The notes under the pieces were generated by a model. That model saw nothing but the letters and a program-made list of their open reading frames with translations. It searched no databases and was not told where the DNA came from. From Paraspadella gotoi (lineage: Eukaryota > Animalia > Chaetognatha): 64,000 nucleotides of DNA. Position 1 is the first letter of the stretch. Every line of letters begins with the position of its first letter. The stretch is taken from positions 8,357,213-8,421,212 of the forward strand of contig CM119270.1 of NCBI GenBank assembly GCA_051294375.1, read 5' to 3'. This document shows, one piece after another, positions 56,957 to 64,000 of this stretch. Position numbers and translations under genes: made by a program.

Positions 56957-57470
56957 AAGAGAGAGGAGAGAGAAAGAGAGAAGAGAGAGAGAGAGAGAAG
57001 AAGCTCGAGAGGGAGCGAGGGGACGAAAACCTGAGAGAGAGAGAGAACAGAGGAGGAGGAGAGGGGACGAAGGAGAGGACGAGAGAGAGAGAGAGGAGGA
57101 AAGAATGAGAGGTGAGAGAGAGAGCAGCGGATGAGGAGAGACGAGAAGGAGAGGAGGACTGCAGAGACGAGGCACGAGAGAGGCGGGAGAGACAGGCGGA
57201 GAGAGGGGAGGGAGAGGCCAAGGAGGAGAGAAGAGGATCGAGAGCATTGAGGGGTGTAAAGATTTTTTTAGAGTGATTAGAGTCTGAAGTGAGAAGAGAT
57301 TGGACGAGAGAGAGACGGAGGAGGAGGAAAAGAGGAGAGGAAACGAGGAGGGAAAATCGAGAGACGACGAAGTGAGCGGAGACGGAGGAGAGATGAAGAG
57401 AGAGACGAGACGAGAGAGAGAGAGGACAGAGAGGAGAAAGAGGAGAGGAGAGGAGAGGAGAGAAAGATGA

Positions 57471-57501
<31 letters not shown>

Positions 57502-57605
57502 AGAGAGAGAGAGAGGAGAGAAGAAAGAAGAGAGAGAGAGAAAGAAAGAGAGAGAGAGAGAGAAAGAAAGAGAGAGAGGAGGAGAGAGAGAGAAGAGAGA
57601 GAGAG

Positions 57606-57646
<41 letters not shown>

Positions 57647-57666
57647 GAGAGAGAGAGAGAGGAGGG

Positions 57667-57714
<48 letters not shown>

Positions 57715-57805
57715 AAGAGAGAGAGAAGAAAGAGGGAGAAAGAGAGGGAGGAAAGCAGAGAGAGAAAATGAGAGAGAGTGAGAAAGAGAGAGAGAGAGGA
57801 GAAAT

Positions 57806-57855
<50 letters not shown>

Positions 57856-57954
57856 AAAGAGAGGAGGAGAGAGAGAGAGGAAGATAGAAGAGAGAGAAAG
57901 AGAAGAGAGAGAGAGAAAGAAGAGGAGAGCTTGAGAAAGACGGGAGAGAGAGAG

Positions 57955-57991
<37 letters not shown>

Positions 57992-58100
57992 AGAGAAGAG
58001 AGAGAGGAAGAGAGAGAGAGAGAGAGAGAAGACAAGAGAGAGAGAGAAGAGAGAGAGGAAGATAAGAGAGAGAGAGAGAGAGAGAGAGAGGGGAGAGAAA
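56957..58100. repeat. About 1.1-kb degenerate polypurine (GA)n tract
   Basis: Direct reading; source of the spurious 431-aa and 252-aa SL-repeat ORFs. Confidence 0.95.
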
Positions 58101-58230
58101 GCGACTGAAAAAGGCTTTTTTTTATGTGGAAGGCAGGGTGCGGTGATCACTGAACAAGGCAATTCGCGATCATGTGATCCTTGGTTCTCCGCGTTTGAGA
58201 GTCAGGTGATCATCAGAGCTCGGTGATTGA

Positions 58231-58271
58231 AGGTCACGTGTTTTTCGGGTCACGAGTTTCGGAGTCACGTG
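58231..58271 (+). promoter_or_regulatory. Three tandem RGGTCACGWG-like motifs (NR half-site overlapping an E-box)
   Basis: aggtcacgtg, gggtcacgag, gagtcacgtg. In the inverted copy they sit at 42055, 42071 and 42087, with exact 16-bp period and all GGTCA. Function is inferred only. Confidence 0.35.
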
Positions 58272-58386
58272 GTTCTGTGTGAGATTTTGTGATTTTTGAC
58301 CGAGAATCGCGGGGACAAATTCCTCGGGTTTTGTTTGTTTTTCTTCGGTATCGGGTTCATAGTTTTCGGGGGCGTCGACTGCCTCT

Positions 58387-58421
<35 letters not shown>

Positions 58422-58426
58422 TCTCT

Positions 58427-58481
<55 letters not shown>

Positions 58482-58708
58482 ATTCTCTCTTTCTCTCTCT
58501 TGTTTTTTCGTTCTCTCTCGCCGTGTTTGTTACCGGGTGCCAACAGCAAAGAATCACGAGCAGCCACTATCGGCAATTCTTATGTTTTCGCTGAAAAAAA
58601 AAATTATTTAACATTTTATAAATAAAGTTAATTGAAACTAATTGAAAACTTTCAAACTGATTTTACTCTTTTACTTCAACAAAGAAGAAAAAAAGCAAAC
58701 GGTCACAG

Positions 58709-60262
58709 GCCGGAGGTGATAAAAGATCAAAGGTTCTGACCTAATTACGGAAAAAGGTAAGTTATACGGTTAATTTCCGAGTTTCCAATTTTTATTTTGC
58801 ACTTTATAAACGAAATGATATTTTGCGTCATTGTAAAAGTCGCTTTCGCCTTTATTTATTTTTTTCCCCGTCCTGTTTTAAAAGTCGATTCGATCTCAAC
58901 TCTTGATTTTTCTGGAATTTCCTCAAAACTTTTGTGATTATATTTTATTTTACAGCTTCTATTGTTATTGCCGAAGAAGTCTTGTCCAAGCAGAAAGAAT
59001 ATATTTTATCATGCATCGAAAAGGTTTTGGTTAATTTTAGATTTTCATTATTTTATAATTACTACTTCTTTTAAAATCGGGATTTCTTAAAACTAACGCC
59101 AGGTGCCGCGAGCGGGCATCCGCGGTGCCTGCGTTCGTCACACTTGATCGAAAAGAGAAAGAATCGGTTGTCAAGAACGGCGCCTTCGAAGCGGCCGTCG
59201 CCTCCACCGTCTTATCTTGTCGGACGAATGGAAACAGGTTCAACTGTTAACCAATTCTTAAAACAAGTTACTGTACTGGCCTTTTTCATGCTGTCTACAC
59301 GACAATTGCAGTTTACATCCGATAAACGTTTTAGGGTTGAGGATATCAAAATTATAAACAACATATTCTTTTTATAATTTCTCACGCAACTCGTTTTTTT
59401 CTAACTTTGCCTCGACCTTCAACTGCGACCCTCACCTTAAACCCCCTCACCTTAAACCCCCTCACCTTAAACCCCTACCCAAACTTTCAGAGATCGCCCC
59501 GCAGCCTTCCCGTCTCCCCAGTTCACCGTCCTGGCCTCGTCCACCCCCGCCGGTGCCATTTGCCAACGGAGTTGGAACAACTTGGTGGAAAGAGGGACCG
59601 AGTTGCATCTCACCAAATCCGAGGTTGATCTCTTCACGGCGCTATTGCTCGTGTCTTGCAGCACTGCTGGTGAGATGATCCAGATCTTTTCTTTTTCAGT
59701 CCCGTCTAAAAAAATTCATCTTTACTGTATTAACTTAAAGTTTAGGCATTTCAAATGTCATATTATCTTTTTGTAAAAAGATGGTTTCGTTGATGAATTT
59801 AATATCTCCATTATTATATTATTATTATTATAATATTAGATTCATTGCTTTACTTTTTTTATATTTTCAAACGTCATTCATTATAGTAATCCATTAATCA
59901 TTGTACGTCTGTTTGTCACATAATCTCCATTTACCCATTTTTCGTCTCTTAATTTCCAGATGTTCAGGTTTCCCATCGTCTTTCCTTCGTTGAAGATGTT
60001 ATGATCGCATCCCTCCAGGTACAGTGTGCGCTGTCTCATTCTGACCAATTAAACAAACGAGCAATCGCCTAAATTACTTTCCTGTTTCCTAATTCCTTAT
60101 CAGGAAGAAATGGTGGACAGTCAACTCTTCGCCCGCTCCCTTTTGCTCCTTCCTTCAATCAAACAGTTCAAGTACGATCACTGGATCATGCTCAAGTCCT
60201 TCGCCGAACGATTCCAGCTGGGGGCGCTCTCCCGAGTCTACGTCGAGGTCTGCGAAGTGTAG
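58709..60262 (+). CDS. Divergent nuclear hormone receptor, hinge plus ligand-binding domain (5' part not identified)
   Basis: GT-AG exons 58709-58756, 58956-59023, 59103-59237, 59491-59669, 59960-60018, 60104-60262. The last four join in frame without edits; the first two each need a 1-bp fix, supported by the inverted copy. Peptide includes CIERCRERASAVPAFVTLDRKEKESVVKNGAFE (H3-H5 signature, cf. FAK.IPGF..L...DQ..LLK.G.FE), LHLTKSEVDLFTALLLVS (H8), LSFVEDVMIASLQ (H9), LFARSLLLLPSIK (H10) and SRVYVEVCEV* (AF-2-like). Confidence 0.85.
59429..59475 (+). repeat. 15-bp minisatellite (ccctcaccttaaacc) x3 at the 3' end of an NR intron
   Basis: Direct reading; noisy equivalent at 37498-37560. Confidence 0.85.
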
Positions 60263-60281
60263 ACTCGGAACGAGAGGGGAT

Positions 60282-60368
60282 GTTTGGAGAGGAGGGAGTT
60301 TTTACAGAGTGTTTGGAGAGGAGGGAGTTTTTACAGAGTGTTTGGAGAGGAGGGAGTTTTTACAGAGT
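60282..60368 (+). repeat. 29-bp tandem repeat x3 just after the NR stop codon
   Basis: gtttggagaggagggagtttttacagagt at 60282, 60311 and 60340; only one unit in the duplicate at about 38452. Confidence 0.9.
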
Positions 60369-62399
60369 GTCGGTGGAAGGGAGTGTACATTTTTGCGGAG
60401 AGTTTTAAGGACCAAACGAAGCGTTATTGTAATTGAGAAGATGTAACCTTGAAAAAGTGATCATCGTAGAGTAGAAGTTTGAAAAAGTGTGTAATTTTTA
60501 TCATATTATCATTGAGCCATTAAATTGGCACAGTGAGAGTTTCAAAATAAGCGAAATACCAAAGTTCAAACCCCATAATACTATCATGATTCATATCTGG
60601 CTCGCTAATTGTTACTCTGTTTTGTCTTCGAGCGGGAGCGATTGTAACAATCAACTGCTACCTAAAAAGTATTATACTTGTATTTCTGTAATTGTATTTC
60701 AATTTGTCTTGTTTGACTAACAAATAGAATCTCGTTTTCAATATTTTTCCTTTTTTTTTCTGGGTAAGTGATTACAATCACCGAAAAATAGGTCAAACCG
60801 TCCACATCTCATAATATCGGATTGGACCCCGGATCTCCAGACGACGATTTGTCAAGAACCGAGTCGGACCATTTTTCTTGTTGCGATTCAACAGGGCGCG
60901 AACGCGAAGCATTCCGATTATCAGCAACGGGTCTTATAACTATTTATACTAATTGCCTAAATTGTGGTGTTAGGAAAGCGATGTTAAACTTTAAACTAAC
61001 AAACAAATATCCAACCAATTTTCTATATGATTGAACGAACGTTTGATGCCGGTTTTCGCAAGACCGACCGAGAAACGAGTTCAATCACGCTTAGCAACGA
61101 AGTCGCTTAGCGACGGACGCTCTTAGCAACCGAGAGGCGGATTTGCGTTCGTCGTTGTCCTACTTTTTCGCGGTCGACCGAGTGGTCATTTGTCGTTGTT
61201 ATTTCAGTAAGACAACGCACGCAACTCTCTTCCGTTTCTTTGCGTTCTCTTTCGGTCTCGATTTTGTTATTTATTTTCAAACTTTATTCACTTAGTTATG
61301 CTTATTTTTTTTCTTTCTCTACCATATTAACTTCTTGTCTCTCAAATAAGTGTCTTTCCTGTACTTCATCAACGATTTTATACAAATATGTTTTCGAATG
61401 TTCGTATTTTTATCCAAATATATTTCCCTCAGATTCGCTCCTCTCTTTGCGTCTATCGTTTTACCACATTATACCGTTTCATACTTCGCTTGCAACCTTA
61501 TTCCTTTTCGATTCCCTCGGTCTTCTTCAAATATCCCCCTTGACCTACCCCCTGTTCCCATCTTTTCAACACCCCCCACCCCGCCCTCGGTTCGTCCAAA
61601 TCTCTCCAACGCCGACTGCTTCTTCCCTTTTCAGGAAAGAACATCGATCAAACGGTTCTAGATTTACTCGGTCGAAAATCTCGTTAGCGGAAATCTCGTT
61701 AAATCGACAAACGCGCTCGAGATAACGAAGTCTGGTTCGAAATCGGATTTAGGATTTAGCGTTTGATGAAAAACCGTGAACGGTTCCTTTTTCCATTCTT
61801 TTTTTTAAGTTGCCACTTATGTACTACTTTTATCTGAATATAGCTATTAGTTTTTCAATCGAATTATAGTAATTTATGTATATTTTTTGCATACACTAAA
61901 GTTTTCTCTTTTAAAAAATAGCTGCATAGTTTGTAAAATATTAACGATTTTTATAAAATAGTTAGGAAAGGCCGACGTAAAACTAACTTTTTGGATACCA
62001 GGGTTGACTTCGGGTCGCCAGAACTTCTCTTCGAAAAAGTCAAAGGTAGTGAGTATTATTACCGAAGTGAAAAACTTTTTTTTTTACATCTAAATAGAAT
62101 AAATAGGACGCTGAAATAGGACAACATGGCGACGACTATAACAACATAAATGCCACGGAAAAAGAAACAGAGAAAGAAGAAGAAAAGAAAAATTCTATAA
62201 ATGATTGAAGGCAAGACGGTTTTCGCTTGGGATAAAAATTTATATTTTGTAATCAATGAAAAAATAAAAAAATATAAACAATGTATCTCTCGATTATCCA
62301 GAAAGTTGACCCTCGCGATATGCTGATTGTGCGGCGCCGATTTTTGTCTTTATTGCTTCCTTCTCTGAAGCGTCGTCACAGAGCGGATGGCGTCCAAAG

Positions 62400-63969
62400 A
62401 TGGCGCCGTATTTCGACGACGCCACGCCGACTCACGCTATTTAAGTCGGAATGGAACTTCGATTTGACCAACGACGATTTCTTTACCTACATCATGGGAA
62501 ATATACACCCTGACTTGGCCGAGCAAGATGCTATCATAGATGGCGTCTCCGGAAAAACCTTCACGTCAGGCTGCGTTCACTTTTATTTGTTTTTTGTTAA
62601 CTATTTTTATTTCGATAGTTAATCACGATTAAATATTCTACTGATGAAACATGTCATCCTCCTTATTAATATTTTTAAGCTCGAGAACAAGTTAATGTTT
62701 TTTGCAACAAAGAATTACCCAAATTTAATTTTAAAAGCAAACCCTATCGTCAGATACGCAGAGCTCCATGAGAAGAGCAAAAACATTGGCTATTCGATGA
62801 TGAAGCGCGGATACAGGAAAAACGACGTGGTCGCCATTCACTCACCCAACTTACCAGAATACCTCATGACGGTTTTAGGTCAGTTCGATGTAACTATAAA
62901 TAGAGAGAAAACAAGCAGTCGGAGCGGCATTTCTTTTAAAAAGTTTAAACCTCATAAACGTAAAAACACGGAACGGTTATTTCAAGGGGTTAGTTTATAA
63001 GATTTCTTTAAAAACAAAAGGCGACGCCAGTAGTCGCTTAGATTTGATTTTAAACAAATGAGCAACTACCTATAGGCAAGTTTTAGCGTTTTATAAGCGT
63101 TTATAAGCGTGGGACAGACCGACGGACCGACCGACCGAAAAGTGACTTATTGAGTTGTTCCGCGAGTACTCGCGGCGCAACTAAAAACGCGCCACTTTAT
63201 GTCAGACAAATCTTTTTTTCTCATATCTATGAAATTGGTACAACCAATATAAAAATTATCCATTCATTTAATAAATAAGCTATCTTGCCCCTGACTTTGG
63301 ACAGGCTTTGGTGGTTTAAGGCCTCCATCACTCTTACAAGATAATGACATAGCAGGTCACTGCAAGCTTTCAATCAAGACTCTCTCACAGTCTCGTTTAT
63401 TCACTCCCAGAGTACCTGGCTTCCCTATCAATGAAGTGGTATAATATTTCAAAGAATGTTTCAATTGTATGAAAAGACCACTCCCTTACTTGTTACTATG
63501 TTACTATGTTACACTATGTTACTATGTTACACTATGTTACTTGTAATAGATTAGAAAAGAAACAAAATTGTACTAGACATCTGGAGGTATAGCCGCACAA
63601 CTTGATTGATCCAGATCATTAAATAATTATTTTAAATTTATTTTTAAAAAAATATTCTGAAGCTTTTAAAGAAAATTGGATATTTTCCTTGATGCTTTGG
63701 AACACTAAAGTAAAATAAATCATATCTCTTGACCAATTGTGATATAATTTATACCCATAACTTAAAAAAAAAATTATTTTTAATTTTTAAAAATATTCTT
63801 ATGGAGCGTCTGTAATTTAAAGAAATAAAGTGAGGCTTTTTTTCACACATGAGTGCACTTCATCTTGTCTCCCACAGGGTGCGCCTACGCTGGTCTCGCT
63901 GTTACTCTCGTCAATCCGATGAACACCGTCGCCGAAGTTGTTCGTCAACTCGACGAAACTAAGACGAAG
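62400..63969 (+). CDS. 4-coumarate-CoA ligase-like / firefly luciferase-like acyl-CoA synthetase (ANL adenylating superfamily), first three exons, 3' incomplete
   Basis: Exons 62400-62564, 62754-62878 and 63878-63969 with compatible phases give AIIDGVSGKTFT|YAELHEKSKNIGYSMMKRGYRKNDVVAIHSPNLPEYLMTVLG|CAYAGLAVTLVNPMNTVAEVVRQL, a typical N-terminal AMP-binding-domain sequence. ATG 62400 needs one indel fix near 62442. Confidence 0.9.
63000..63190 (-). mobile_element. HINE-like element in intron 2 of the acyl-CoA synthetase
   Basis: (GACC)n, aagtgacttat, hairpin gttgttccgcgagtactcgcggcgcaac, then taaaaa; inverse of 6011-6160. Confidence 0.75.
63229..63542 (+). repeat. Longest copy of the 483-628 repeat family, ending in (GTTACTAT)n-like tandem repeats
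   Basis: Matches 483-628 and about 8633-8840; tandem tail at 63490-63542. Confidence 0.8.
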
Positions 63970-64000
63970 GTCAGAGGATCGATTGGCCATTAACCAATCA

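Noticed and set aside
56867-58162. 431-aa and 252-aa ORFs, and many other SL/ER-repeat ORFs
   Set aside because: Translations of (GA)n/(TC)n tracts with no coding complexity.
59429-59475. Telomere-like or CRISPR-like array
   Set aside because: 15-bp units without spacers, not a TTAGG/TTAGGG array; an ordinary intronic minisatellite in eukaryotic DNA.

Overview
AT-rich animal (probably invertebrate) nuclear DNA from a draft, gap-filled assembly. It has many N-runs (several exactly 25 N), dense (GA)n/(TTTC)n/(ATTC)n/(AAT)n microsatellites, and kb-scale direct and inverted duplications that look like co-assembled haplotypes or raw long reads. Most supplied ORFs are microsatellite or N artefacts. 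Reading splice sites by hand gives three spliced genes. (1) A highly divergent nuclear-receptor ligand-binding-domain gene on + (six exons, 58709-60262) for which I see no zinc-finger DNA-binding domain in the window; noisy partial copies lie at 37147-38435 and 41240-41555. (2) Directly downstream, the first three exons of a 4-coumarate-CoA-ligase/firefly-luciferase-like acyl-CoA synthetase (62400-63969, runs off the window). (3) An XK-related (XKR/CED-8) multi-pass membrane protein gene on - (about 31146-34634) with several disablements, including an (AAT)n expansion at its C-terminal tyrosines. There are several non-autonomous DNA transposons, two with their empty site visible in a duplicate copy, plus HINE-like repeats and a compact, heavily base-paired 280-bp insertion. 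No database search was possible, so family calls rest on recognised motifs.
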